In this document: positions 1-12,934 of the stretch, piece by piece
Position numbering within the stretch: the first letter of the stretch is position 1
Layout: every line of letters starts with the position of its first letter
Origin: the human T2T-CHM13v2.0 reference genome, Homo sapiens
Assembly (NCBI RefSeq): GCF_009914755.1
Contig: NC_060930.1
Reading direction: 5' to 3' (one strand)
Length of the DNA stretch: 64,000 bases
The notes under the pieces: model-generated
Told to the model about the DNA's origin: nothing
Databases searched by the model: none
The model's input: the letters and a program-made list of their open reading frames with translations, nothing else
Translations under genes and position numbers: made by a program

Positions 1-351
1 GATGACAGAGATAAGTAGCTAAATAGATAATCAACTGACTGATAGACTAAAGACATATTTGCGTACATGTGGTTTGTTAGACAGAGTTTGCAAATTTTCT
101 ATTTTCTCTTGAGGAATGCTACTAAAATTAAGTAGATAAAATATCTAATTAAAATCTATACACTGATGGTGACATTTTTGTTGATAGCAAAAAATGATGT
201 CTCTCCTAATGCTTCTATTTTTCATTATATGCTTTAAGAAGAAATGCATTTGAAATAAAAATCTTAAATTATATATGCATAGATGAAAATAGTAATAAAA
301 TGTAGCTTACTCAGTTGTGCTCAATATTAAAGAGAAATATAAAATCTTCAG

Positions 352-490
352 TTTTACTGAATCAGAATCTCAGAGTGGACAGAGCTGGAGAAATCTGTAA
401 TTCAACGAACTCCCAGGGTGATAAAGATGATTTACTAACTTTGTGAACCAAACCCCTCTCTCGCCCCATGAGCTTGAGGAGACACTAGCA
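352..490. mobile_element. MER5-like hAT-Charlie DNA transposon relic
   Basis: ttactgaatcagaatctc...aatctgtaattcaacgaactcccagggtgat...ttgaggagacactag resembles the MER5A core; heavily diverged. Confidence 0.55.
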
Positions 491-974
491 TAGCCCACAA
501 ATTAGATGCAGATATAATCAATATCTTGTTTTAAATCTAGCTTTCCAGGATATTCCTTAATGGGATATTGCATAACTAACTTAATTTACACAACAATTTC
601 ACCCAGTGCTATTATTTAAGCATAGTTTGAGATAAATGAAGGAGTATGCTTATTACTTCTTTTGGTAAGAAATTACACTGGCTATAATTACATTGAAATA
701 ATTAAGATAATATTTGGAATACTCTCCTGACCTAGTTGGGTTTGTTTCTGGATGCACACAAGTGTTCTAGTGTTCTACCATCTGTTTGAATTATGCGGGT
801 GGAGAGCCTATCAGGCTCCTGTACAGTGCCAAGAGTAGCTGGCTTAGTCCACCCTGGATAGCCATGAGTCACTCCCCACCCAAATTCACACTTGCATCAG
901 GACACGCAGATACATGTAATATAAAAATGCTGTGCTGGCTACACAGACACAGCTTCCATTTAAATCACGTAGCA

Positions 975-1274
975 GGCCAGGTCCAGTGGCTCACACCTGT
1001 GATCCCAGCACTTTGGGAGGCTGAGGCAGGCAGATCACCAAGGTCAGGAGATGGAGGCCAGCCTGGCCAACATGGTAAAACCCCATCTCTACTGAAAATA
1101 CAAAAATATTAGGCAGGCATGGTGGTTGGCTCCTGTAATCCCAGATGCCTGGAAGGCTGAGGGAGGAGAATCACTTGAACCTGAAGGCTGAGGTTGCAGT
1201 GAGCTGAAATCACGTCATTGCACTCCAGCCTAGGCGACAAGAGCAAAAAATCCGACTCAATAAATAAATAAATA
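975..1274 (+). mobile_element. AluS (Sq/Sp-like)
   Basis: Full dimer GGCCAGG...GCGACAAGAGC with (TAAA)n tail; degenerate TSD aatcacgtagca/attcatgtggca. Confidence 0.95.
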
Positions 1275-1494
1275 ATTCATGTGGCACCCCTCTAACCAGG
1301 TTGCTGCCTCCACATTTACTTTACTTCTTACCCTTCTCATTATTGCCTCTGGTTCTCTGTGGAGATTATTGTAAGCTTTTCTCCATTTTTTACAGAATTT
1401 TTTTGTACATGGCATACAGAATCGTATCAGTGATAGGGGATTTTTATAGAGGTACCTAAGAAATAGCAATATACGTCAATCTGATTCAAATCAA

Positions 1495-1615
1495 ATTCAG
1501 TTGAATTCAGTTTAGTAAGTATTTATCGAGCCCTTGCTATGTGCTGGGTTCTGGGCTCGCTACTGAGGGTGTAAAGAAATGGGAGAGAAGGTTCTTACCT
1601 TCATGGAGCTTTAGC
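1495..1615 (-). mobile_element. L2 3' end fragment
   Basis: agtatttatcgagcccttgctatgtgctggg...ccttcatggagctt matches the antisense L2 3' terminus pattern. Confidence 0.65.
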
Positions 1616-1943
1616 TTAAATTTCTAGGATACAGGTGAGGCGTGGATGGGTCATATCTGAATAAAAATAATCCTTAACTGAAAGAGAATATGACATCTTC
1701 TGTAATGGTGATTTCTCTTCAGTGCTTTTGCAGAGGAGATAGTGATTTTAACCACAGAAAGCTATGTGAAGGAACAAATACAGGAGTGGTTTCAAACCAA
1801 AGGTATAAAGTAAAAAAGAGTTATAGGATTAGGAGAATACAAGGTGAGCCTTGGGACTACTCAAACCTCTGTTCTGGATAGAACATGGCTTATTTTTTAG
1901 TGTGGATGACAGTGGAATTAAGTTCACAGCATAATGCAAATTC

Positions 1944-2573
1944 CATTGATCCACATTATTCAAGGATTCTATATTTGCAAATTCACCTAGTCCCAAATAT
2001 TTATTTGTAACCCCACGATCAATGCCCTTGCATCGCTTTCACCATGTTTCATGGACATGTTCAACCCCGTCCCCCTCTGCACATCATTCCAATTGGCATG
2101 GAACAATGTGGCACTCTGCCGCCTTTCAGCTCTCTGCTGTAAACAAGTGTCCTTTTAGCAGTCTATTAAATGCCACCTTGTTTTTTCATTTTTGTACTTT
2201 TTTTGGTGTTGTACTGTTTAGAATGGCTTCCGAGTGTTGGTAGTGTTGAGTGCTCTCCAGTGATCCTCAGCACAAGAGACTACAATGTGCCCTATGAAGA
2301 AAATATGTGTTAGGTGCTTCATTCAAGCATAGTTTTCATGTTGGTAGCCATGAGTTTAATGGTAATGAATCAATATATAAAAAATAAGGTAACTGTACAG
2401 GGAAACACACATAAAACAAGGTTATATATTATTTGGTTAACAAAAATGCTATTACCAGAGGTTCATAGGAAACGAACTCTATATTTCTCCTAGGAACAAT
2501 GGCTCAGTATTCACTAATTCAGTGTTTGTGGTGACTTTTTAAACACACCTACAATGAATAGTGAGAATCACCT
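1944..2573. mobile_element. MER82-like TcMar-Tigger non-autonomous DNA transposon
   Basis: Starts cattgatccacattattcaaggattctatatttgcaaattcaccta and ends aatagtgagaatcacct (degenerate terminal inverted repeats). Confidence 0.75.
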
Positions 2574-2689
2574 CTATCTAACGAGAAGCTAAGTATTGAG
2601 GGCTTTATTTTCCAAGCAGTGAAGACTGCTGAAGAATTTTTAGCTAAGAGACAAGTTAGGAAAACAGGTGCTCCATTTTTTTTAGATGT

Positions 2690-3020
2690 GTATATGTGTC
2701 TGGCTTATTTCACTTGATGTCCCCAGCTCCATCCATGTTGTGGCTAAAGGCAGGACTGTCTCCTTTTTTAAGGCTGAATAATATTCCACTACACACACAC
2801 ACACCCACACGCATATATACACCACTGTTTTTTATCCATTTGTCCATTGGTTGGCGAACACCTGGGTTGTTTCCATAGCCTAGCTATTGTGAATAACGCT
2901 GCAATGTACATGGGGGTGCAGAGATCTTTACAAGGTAGTGATTTCATTTTCTTTGGATGTAGACCCAGAAGAGGGATTGCTGGGTCATAACACAGCTCCA
3001 TTTTTAATTTCTTTAGGAAT
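2690..3020 (-). mobile_element. L1MA-type ORF2 C-terminus/3'UTR start (inverted part of one insertion)
   Basis: ORF 2789-3001(-) [13 protein letters not shown]...[21 protein letters not shown] is the L1 ORF2 C-terminus. Confidence 0.85.
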
Positions 3021-3025
3021 TTTTA

Positions 3026-3160
3026 TATTGTATTAGGAATTTGTGTTAAATACGTAGATTTCAGGTGTTCTTATTACACACAAAAAAGCAACTATGTGAG
3101 ATGATAGATAGGTTAAACTGCCTCACTATAGTAATCATTGTACTATCTCTCAGTCTGTGT
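3026..3160 (+). mobile_element. L1MA9/10-like 3'UTR end
   Basis: gtagatttcaggtgttcttattacac...aactatgtgagatgatagataggttaa...ctatagtaatcatt typical of the L1MA 3' end. Confidence 0.7.
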
Positions 3161-3282
3161 ACATATACATATATACACAGATTTGTATATATGTATATAT
3201 ACACAGATATATATATATAGATATGTATATATATGTATATGTATATATGTATATATACACATATACAGAGAGAGAGAGAGAG
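3160..3282. repeat. (TA/CA)n then (GA)n microsatellite
   Basis: Seen directly. Confidence 0.9.
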
Positions 3283-4814
3283 TAAGCACTGCAATCCTAA
3301 TGTTACATCAGGTAGTAAAACTGAAATATACACAACAAATTATTTTAAAAGAAAGAGAAGTGTGTATTCAAAAACAGAATATAGAATTACTCTAAAAAAA
3401 TACAATGGAGGGGAAGGGAAGAAATGATTACACAAAGGAAGAAACAGTAGAAAATGATTGCAGTGAATACAAAGGCAGTCATTATAATAAACACAGTAAA
3501 TGCATATTTGAGACCTGGATATTGACTGTGTCCAGAGATGCTCCGAGTTTTCAAGCCATTAGATGTGACACCAAACACCTTTCCCCCAACAATTGTAATG
3601 TCGCGGGAAATGATGATTTACAGTTTTGCTTAAAGATTAAATTGTAAGGTGATCTGACTTGTATTTACATGTGGAGAATTTGAATTAAGAGACAGTGAAG
3701 GCCTTTCAGAAAGTTGAAAGGCCACACAATTCTGAAGGATCAGTGGGAATGCAAGAGGACGTAATTGTGAAGAGTGGTGAAGATATTCCAGGACCATCTC
3801 GCAGAGCCAAGCACTTCACTCACACCTGCAAGAGGGTCAAAGAGACCATGGAGATGTTAATGTAAATACTTTCTTGATGAACTCACATGATATAGTTGGA
3901 GGTTGCACAACATACTTGAAGAAAATAATGATGGTTTGTTATTTGGAAATAGAACTCCTGGACCTTTTTATTATCTACAAGGTTCAAATGAATAAACAAT
4001 TCAAACCAAGGCCTCTCTTTGGTTTAAATTTTCCTACTACTTGTGAGATTTGAGCTGCCCTCTCATAATCTACCTGAGTCCAGGCTTTATGGTGTCAGGA
4101 CCCGTAGTTTTATTTTAGCCCTAATTCCAATAACTAGCTGGCCCATCTTGCTTAATCATTTAGCCTTTCTGTACTATGTAAGTAAAAGTGATTCTAAAAG
4201 CTCCTTTACTTACCACTACAAATTATTGTCTGTCCAAAATGCACAAATTCATATGAAAGTGCTTTGAAAACCTAAATGTAATTTGTAAAGTAATTTTTGT
4301 AATTTATACAGTGACTTGAGGATCGCTGTAGTGACCTGTCTTTCTTCCCCAGATGTCACCTATTTTTTCAGCCTGACATCCCCAAAATAGATGGGTTTCT
4401 GGGGATTTAGTTTTTCTTCTAGAATCCCAGTTAAATTCAAGTATCTTACCTGGGAGGAGTGATACATAAGCAGTTCTTATATGGAGATTCTTGCAACAGA
4501 GTGTTTTGTGAGTAGTGGAGGAAACTATTATTCTTATATCATGAGGCAAAAAAAAAAAAAAATACTATTGGAAAGTCTGCATGTTTTATAGGCCTTGGCA
4601 ATTTCTGAGCATGAGGGACTATAAACTCTAAAGTTCAGCACAGGCTCCCTTGAGGAGGGACCACAGGGTCACAAGGAAGAGGAGCAGACAGAGAGGGGCA
4701 GGGCTGGGTTACAGTGCTGTCATCAACAAAACGTTGTCTTTTCTTACTCCAATTGAAGCAACCTGTAAAAATTACCCCAGACTAACATATTTAATGTTCA
4801 GATGGAATGAGATA

Positions 4815-5184
4815 CACTATATAGTCTAAACATTTATGCTCCCCGCTAAAATTCATATGTTGATACCTAATTGGCAGTGTGACGGTCATAGGGGGTGGGG
4901 CCTTTGGGAGGTGATTAGGTCATGAGGGTGGAGCCCTCATGAATGGAATTAGTGACCTTATAACAGAGGCCCCAGGGAGGTCTCTCAGCCCTTACTCTGT
5001 GTGAGGACACAGTGAGAAGACAGATGCTTGTGAACCAGGAAGCAGTCCCTCTCCAGACACTGAATCAACCAACACCTTGTTCTTGGACTTCTCAGCCTTC
5101 AGAACTGTGAAAAATAAATTTCTGTTGTTTGTAAGTCACCCTGCCTATGATATTCTGTTATAGCAGTCTGAATGGACTAAGACA
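4815..5184 (+). mobile_element. MLT1A0 MaLR solo LTR
   Basis: aaaattcatatgttga...gggcctttgggaggtgattaggtcatgagggtggagccctcatgaatgg...aataaa...ggactaagaca; TSD agata/ggata. Confidence 0.9.
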
Positions 5185-5345
5185 GGATAACAAAGTTTGT
5201 CTATTACTTCGGATATGTTTGGAAGCAAACAGTGAAGGTCTGATGTCTCTAGACCTATTATTATATGCCAAGATAGTAGACATTCTTTGTGAGACTATTT
5301 GAAAAAACTTACTAGAAGGAATGAAAAAAATGTGAGAAATTATTC

Positions 5346-5638
5346 TTTTTTTTTTTTGAGATGGAGTCTCGCTCTGTCACCCAGGCTGGAGTGCAGGGAC
5401 GCGATCTCGGCTCACTGCAAGCTCTGCCTGCCGGGTTCATGCCATTCTCCTGACTCAGCCTCCTGAGTAGCCGGGACTACAGGCGCCCGCCACCACTCCC
5501 GGCTAATTTTTTGTATTTTTAGTAGAGATGGGGTTTCACTGTGTTAGCCAGGATGGTCTCGATCTCGTGACCTCATGATCCACCTGCCTCAGCCTCCCAA
5601 AGTGCTGGAATTACAGGCGTGAGCCACCGCACCCGGCC
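5346..5638 (-). mobile_element. AluY
   Basis: Poly-T; AluY-type gcaagctc, gccattctc, gtgttagccaggatggtctcgatctc; TSD gagaaatt. Confidence 0.95.
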
Positions 5639-7115
5639 GAGAAATTTTTTAAAAAAGAAACCAAGGCACAAGTATCTACCATCTAAAATTAACAGCATTA
5701 AAAAAACAATGGGAATGAAATGGAAAGGAAAAGATGAACACCAGTCACACTGCAAGAGAAATATTTTGAAAAGGTATTGATTAACTCCTAGAAGGAAATT
5801 TGTTTTTCCCTTTATCCGAGAAATTCTGCTTTGACTTGAACTTGGAGAACAGGAACACCTGCTAAACAAGGAAAATTTTGTGTGCTATTGCAGAAGTAAA
5901 TAAGAAAATGATAACTTCCAAGAATATTTATTTGGTGCTAGTCAGTCCTGGCAGGGAGTTAGGCAGCAGGGAGATGAGCTTAAAGGGTTTAAAAGGCTGT
6001 ATTTCAGTGTGAAGGGTGCTTGTTAGAAACCCATAGAGAGTTAAGCAATTATCCGAGATGATGTTGCAGTGCTTACGGGGTGCAGAGATGTGGATGGCTG
6101 TCTTTGAAAGAGATCAGCTAGGAAAAACTGTTCAATCACTTCTAGAATGGATGTGCTAAGCTATGTTCCTAAATGGATATCAACTCAGTAAATTTGACAG
6201 CTGGGAACATTAAACATCCACGTGTCTGTGTTTGTGTCTAAAGATGCAGTAAATTCATTGAAGACAAGTCTGTGGTATTACCTGGTTTCTCCAAAGAGAT
6301 GCTATTTGGGGAATTAAGAGAGAGGTTTTTTTCAGCTTGCCTTTGCAACTCAAGCTTGTCCCATAGTGCTCGCACTTTTTATGCCGGCTGTGCGCACACA
6401 GGCAGATAATCAGAAGATGAGTCACAATCCTGGTTACATCACTGATTAGTCATGAAGCGTCAGAAAAGCAGCTAACTTATCCATTTTCCTGACTTCATTT
6501 ATTCAACGGAAGAAAGTAGAGAGCTGCCTCTTTGATGAGTGTACCCGTGGTCCTAACAAACTTGGCATGCTTTCAAACTACATAGGCTATCGTATAAACA
6601 TTCACACAATCATGTATAGAGTAGAGCTGAAGGGAGACAGAATGCATTTTAGTTTAGGTGCACTCTCAATTACTGTAACATCTGCCATATTTTGCAGAGG
6701 CTACCCTAGAGATATACCTGAACAAAAACACTCACCTGTGAGGAAATGCAAGCAGATTACAGACCAGATTATTGAGGAGAGAGAATAACAATTCATTCCT
6801 GAATAAGATACCAGCTCTTTATCAATTTAATGACATTAATTAAAAAAATCCTACGTGAAAGTGAAATATGTCATTACTTACTTTTTCACTGAGGCAATGC
6901 TGTCCTTCCCACAAATCATAGAAAGATGTTGCCCCTCTGCATAAAAGAATATTCTACCTTTCTCATCCTCTTTGCTCTGTTGAAACCAAGGGACTATACA
7001 TAATTTTCTGATTTATATATTTTATATCTGACATAATAATTTATTTCTTTTTCTTAGAAACAGAAATTTCTTAATTTCTTTATGCTATGTATAGCATAAA
7101 GAAATAAAATAAATT

Positions 7116-8028
7116 CTAGTGGTAAGCAGAATTCTGAGATGGCTGTCGAGGTTTCCACCTACTGGTGTACATGCCACGTTTAATCCCCTCCCCTTCAGCG
7201 GATCTGATGATTAGGTTACCTTATAGGAGCCAGGCGGTGGCATAGTCCCTCTCATGTTGACATTATATTATATAAGACAAGGTGACAGAGGACTAGAAAG
7301 AAATTCTCCTGCTGAACTTTAAGAGCAAAAAGAGGGCCTTGTGGGTCCTGTAGGAGCTAAAAACAACCCCCACACTGACAAGAAAGTAGGACTTTAGTCC
7401 TGTAACTGTGGTACAGTTTGGACATGAAATGGAATTCTGAATATTGGAGGTGGGGCCTGGTAGGAGGTGACTGGATCATGAGGGTGGGTTTCTCATGAAT
7501 TATTTAGCACCATCTCCCTTGGTACTCTCCTCAGGATAGTGAGTTCTTATAAGATCTGGTCATTTAAGTGTGTGGCACCTCCCTCCTCTCTCTCTTGATC
7601 CTGCTCTAGCCATGTGACGCGTCTGTTCCCCCTTCACCTTCTGCTAGGATTGTAAGCTTCCTGAGGCCTCACCAAAAGCCAAGCCGATTCTGGCACCATG
7701 CTTCCTGTACAGCCTGCAGAACGATGAGTCGATTAAACCCCTTTCCTTATAATTACCCATCCTCAGGTATTTCTTTATAGTAATGTGAGAATGACCCAAT
7801 ACAAACTTCAAAGAACAAAATTATTTCAGCAATGTGAATGAGCTTGGGAGGAGATCCTGAACCTCAGGTGAGATGGCAGCAAGAGCAGACACCTCGACTG
7901 CAGTCCAATGAGCCCTTGCAGAGGCCCAGCTAACCCAGGCCCAGACACCTGACCTTGGGGAGTTGTGAGATGATAAATTTGTGTTGTTTTAAAATGAAAT
8001 TTGTCATGCAGCAATAGAAAAGTAACAC
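7116..8028 (+). mobile_element. MLT1E-family MaLR LTR, interrupted by an MST LTR
   Basis: tggtaagcagaattctgagatggc...ctggtgtacatgcc...aatcccctcccctt 5' part; 3' part ...gtgagatgataaatttgtgttgtttta...gcagcaatagaaaagtaaca. Confidence 0.75.
7409..7803 (+). mobile_element. MSTA/MSTB MaLR solo LTR nested in MLT1E
   Basis: ggaggtggggcctggtaggaggtgactggatcatg...gattgtaagcttcctgaggcctc...aataca; TSD aactg/aactt. Confidence 0.9.
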
Positions 8029-8459
8029 TGGTACCAAGCATGTGTTGAGGGAAGCTACTTTTAGCAGATACTTTGAAATCTCAATGGGTGGGGGGTGGGG
8101 GTGGGGAGATGGGGCAGCGATTGGTTGGAATTCCCAAAGCAGGAGGGATCTGCTGTTCAGCATAAATGCTAGAGCTGGAAGAGAAAAGTACAACTGCACG
8201 TATTGCAGTTGCATTTGAAGAAAAAATTGCAGTGACACAGAGAGTATTTGGTTCCAAAGCATGCTAAAGAAATGTCATAATAGTGTCATAAAAGACTACA
8301 GTAATGAATGCCCTGATATCCTTAAATAGTTTTGTGTCTATCATAGACTAAGAATTACAGAGATAAAATCTGTAAAAACCAACCAGTGGTAATGAATGTG
8401 CTACTTCCCCTGCCATTGTGTAGTTTTTGACTATGCATGCATAATGTAACAAAAATTCA

Positions 8460-8730
8460 CTTTTACATTGTGCTTTTCATTCTAGATAGTTATATCAACA
8501 TCTTTCTTTTCCCAGTTGCCATCCAGTTTTTAAATTAGTATTTTGAAAATATTGTAGAGGTTGTATGTTTATTTGATATAAGTCATAATTATTTCTCTCT
8601 GTTGTTGAGCATCTAGGTGGTTTGAAATGTTCATTACTGCAGTAAACACAGTAATCAATACTGCAATAAACACCTTTGTACATGTACTATTGTAATGTTT
8701 TTGGATTTTTTTCTCATGATAAATTGTGAA
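8460..8730 (-). mobile_element. Ancient L1ME-type fragment
   Basis: ctgttgttgagcatctaggtggtttg...actgcaataaacacctttgtacatgt resembles the antisense L1 ORF2 end. Confidence 0.5.
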
Positions 8731-9454
8731 AAGGGGGGTTGTTATAACATTCACGACACACCATGGAAGCTATCCTAAAAGAAATAACGAGAAGATTGAC
8801 TTGCCTATAAAAGCACCTCAGCAGATATTTTTAGAACCACACTCAGTAAATAACAAATATTTCACTGTCCAAAAAGTTTAATTGCTCGTTCACAAAGCAT
8901 GTCATTTCATCTAATTACCCACAATAGTTGATAAACAACATTACTGTGTACCTATGTCTATGCATAGAAGGAACAAAGATGTTAAATGTTAACTATTCTA
9001 ACATGATTCTCAAGAATAATAATAGAATTATATTTAAGAATGCTGAATAATATTATTAAATAATACTTAAATATGCTTATATATGCATGTGTACATTTAG
9101 ATGTGTAGTTTATCTACATATCTATCTACATATATAAATATACATATGCATATGCATATATAAACATAGATAAGTCTTACTTACTAAAGTGTTACTAAAA
9201 ATGTCAGAGGCTATAATGAGAAGACCAAAAAGTGAATTCAATCCTATTAAGTATATATTAAAGTAGATTTTGAATTTGGTGGTAAATTGGTCACAGGCCC
9301 TTGAAACATATGTACACGATATGTTTCTCACAGGCCCTTGAACCTCCTGTTCAGCATAAATTCTACAGCATATATGTACACTGTATGTTTCAAGGCCCTG
9401 TGACCAAACATATGTACACTATATGTTTCTACTTTCTCTACACTACAGAGAGGC

Positions 9455-9500
9455 TGTGTGTGTGCGTGTGTGTGTGTGTGTGTGTATATATAATGTATAT
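9455..9500. repeat. (TG)n/(TA)n microsatellite
   Basis: Seen directly. Confidence 0.9.
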
Positions 9501-9541
9501 ACAGCCTCTCTACACTATAGATTAGAAAATGCAAATTTTGT

Positions 9542-9834
<293 letters not shown>

Positions 9835-11861
9835 GTTGTAGCATAATTGTAAATATTTTGTCCTGTATATAAGATTACATCTGACAGGTTGCTATTTTTA
9901 CCCTAATCAAATAAAAATAATTTCTTTCATTGGTCTATAATAATGGCATCCTCTTTTTTTTTTCTGAATAGAGAATCAAGTAGAACTTCTATTATTTCCA
10001 AGAAATTGTGGACAAACCTTGTCATTTTGCATCTACCATTCCCATGTTGCTTGTCAAATGAGGATCCTGAACACAGTTTCTAGGATGATGAGGACGTTGT
10101 AGTTCTCCTATTATTCTGCTGATGGAATTAGTGTTCAGGGTGGTGCATTCTGGGATGACTGCATCTGTCCTATGCTATGAATAGTGCTAGCCTAGTACTG
10201 AAGGTAGGTCAATGTATCATGCACTTGAGGTATTTGCCTGTTCATTTTTAGTGTTGAATTTAGCATAATGCACAGCATTGGAGAAGACAGAAGAAGAAGA
10301 AAACCATTTAGATTTGCTCAGATACCAAAATTATGGCAAAGTGTATGGCTTTTAGGGATGTGTTTATTCCTGTCCAAGCCTATCAACATTGTTTCTCAAG
10401 ACTATGAATTTACAGTCATGGAGAAGGTCTTCCCATTGGCTTCCTCTTGATGCCTTCTAAGTACTTAAACACATAACAATAAACAATAAGAATAGCAGAA
10501 ATGTGCACATAACTCGTGCCAACTCTGCTGGCATAAATCCGACACTTTTATTTGGGCCACAACAGGACACGAAAGGGTGAGATATTATACTGACATGGGG
10601 TGTAGAATTTCTTCTCTGACTTCTCACTCCAGTGTGCTTCCAGGAATTAGTGTTAATTACTACCAAGAAAGCTGTGATAGATAATTCTGATCACTTCTTA
10701 TTTTAGTTATATATGAATAATTCAGGAAAAGCCAACCTCTCCACCCTATCAAAAACACTCCCCACTTTCAAACTTTCTCTGAGAACTGTGCATAGCTAGT
10801 AAATCAATTTGATGATTATTCTATTCCAAAGAGCATGCAATGATTTACATTTATATGCCACAAATTTCCTTCCTGTTGCCCCAGCAAGAGCTAGAGCATG
10901 ATTGATAATGATGCGAAAGTGCTGGCACAGACGTTCCGCGGCCTCAGCATGCTTGCGTTGCCCAGTGTGACAAGCTCCTCCTTGTATGCACAATGCTCTC
11001 ATGCAGGTAGCATGTGACGCAAGGCCGAGAGTGCCAGCAGATTCTTGATTGTTTTAGTACGGGACAAGTACTGACCCCTATGACAATAAATGTGTTTGGC
11101 ATTTATCTTCTTAGCAGGTCAATACTGAATGTCATCCTTAGGGGAGGGGTGCTGTTTAGCTTCTTGTAATTAGTTTAGTTGCCTCTGTTGAATCCCTAAT
11201 GGACTCCTGTATCATAAAAAACATTCTTTTCTGGAATGGTTGTCAGTTTCATTGTGTCTGCTCCCTCCTTCCAAGCCTCCCCTCCCCACTTTATTCTCTT
11301 CCTGGGAAAAAGAAAAAATAAATAAACACAAGTTTGAAAGATTAAAGTGATACCAAAGACAAAAATGTATCCCTCTTTATTCTACTAATTTACAAATTCT
11401 ATAATCAGAATTAAAGGAAAGATACATCTTGAATTTTGTTAGACTTACAACGTTCATATCATTATGAAATTATTTCTTTTGAAAACTTTAAATAACACTC
11501 AGTTTTTGGGTATTATGCCTTTCTCAGAAAATAATCTCTGGAGATCCTACTGTTCTGCTGTCAAGGTGAAAGTGGTCACTACAACTCATGTTGCTTCCCA
11601 GGATGATATGATTGTTATTATTTCTTATTAACTGAACAAGATGACAATCACAGATAGGCAGTTTTTTACCCCTTAGTGTTTTAGCTCTTTTAACTTCCCA
11701 TGGACAATACAATCAAATCTATAAAAAGTATCCATACCAAAAATATAGGGCAATCTAGGTTGGAAATGTATTTCATTCAGCGAAGTGAAATTTAATATTG
11801 TAGGATTTAAGTTTTGGTTAGATATCAGATACTCTTAATGAAGATATTTAAAACTATGGCA

Positions 11862-12050
11862 AAGTGTTTCTCAAATTTTAGCTTAGCTAAAGATCAGTCA
11901 GGATGCTTGTTAAAAACACACTTACAGGCATCATCGTAGAGATTTTGATTCAGTAGGTATGGCAAAAAAAAAAAAAAAAATCAGCATTTCAAAAGTGCCC
12001 CCACATAATTACAGTAAGGTAGTTTCTGGAATCATCTGGAAAAACAGCTG
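11862..12050. mobile_element. MER5A-like hAT relic
   Basis: agtgtttctcaaatttta...gcttgttaaaa...agagattttgattcagtaggt...gcattt...gaaaaacagctg. Confidence 0.65.
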
Positions 12051-12934
12051 TGGGTTTTTTAAAGTAGTGTTTTTTTTTTTTCTTTATGCTAATAAAATAT
12101 AGGTTGACTCTCATCTGCAGATTGTAGTCAATTTTTCTGAGATTATGAGTCCCATTAAATTTTCAAATGGGATCACGCAAAGAATACACTGTCCTGCATT
12201 CCATCATAGCCCCATTCAGTATTTTTAATTGCAATATTTCTTATAAAAGTGACTTTTGGAGTATTTTTGTTTGTCTTCTTTTTTAGTAAACATAATTTCC
12301 TTGGGTTTAATATCTGCATTTTATTTTAATAAGTAAATATTTTTGGAGTTTGAGTGCAAATCTAAGAAATTAGAAATAATATACTTCTATGTTTCGCTTT
12401 ATCTGGGGATCCATAAGTGGGTTTCAAGGACAAAATATGTGTGCAACTATCTGTTAGGTTTTTCAAGCATTCATTTATTTACTGGAGCTTCCATGACTCC
12501 CAAAGAGGTCCATGTCTCAAGAAACATTAAAATTTAATATAGGAAAATTAGAAGGAGAGTCATAGAAATGCAAAACCCCATTTACCAACAAGTTGTTAAA
12601 GAAATGACTGGCCATCTTTTTGTTGGTAATGTGTCACCTTTAAAGGGGATTAATAGGGCCTAACAGGAAAGCATCATTTCTTTGTTCTCTTCTCAGCCTG
12701 GTGAGATAGGGTTTTACAAAGTGGTTGCTTAGTAACTTGCCCAGTATGACTATTTTTCCTCTCCCCATATGCAGACATAGTTAATTGCGAGATTTTGAAT
12801 TATTACAGTAATTTTCTATTTCAGTGACCTTATTGATAGAAGAGAGAATTACAGAATTTCTGAAGTCAAATTTTTTGATCTAGGGCAGCATATGGTAATG
12901 ACACTGTATTCTGGATATATGTAAACTACTCATT

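Noticed and set aside
786-1112. 108-aa ORF and other Alu-overlapping ORFs (9529-9768, 32258-32560, 60214-60402)
   Set aside because: Peptides such as [15 protein letters not shown] are Alu translations, not genes.
1734-1843. Possible exon between ttttgcag and aag|gtgagc
   Set aside because: Lies in the likely continuation of an antisense L2, has no recognisable protein similarity, and such splice-like pairs are common by chance.
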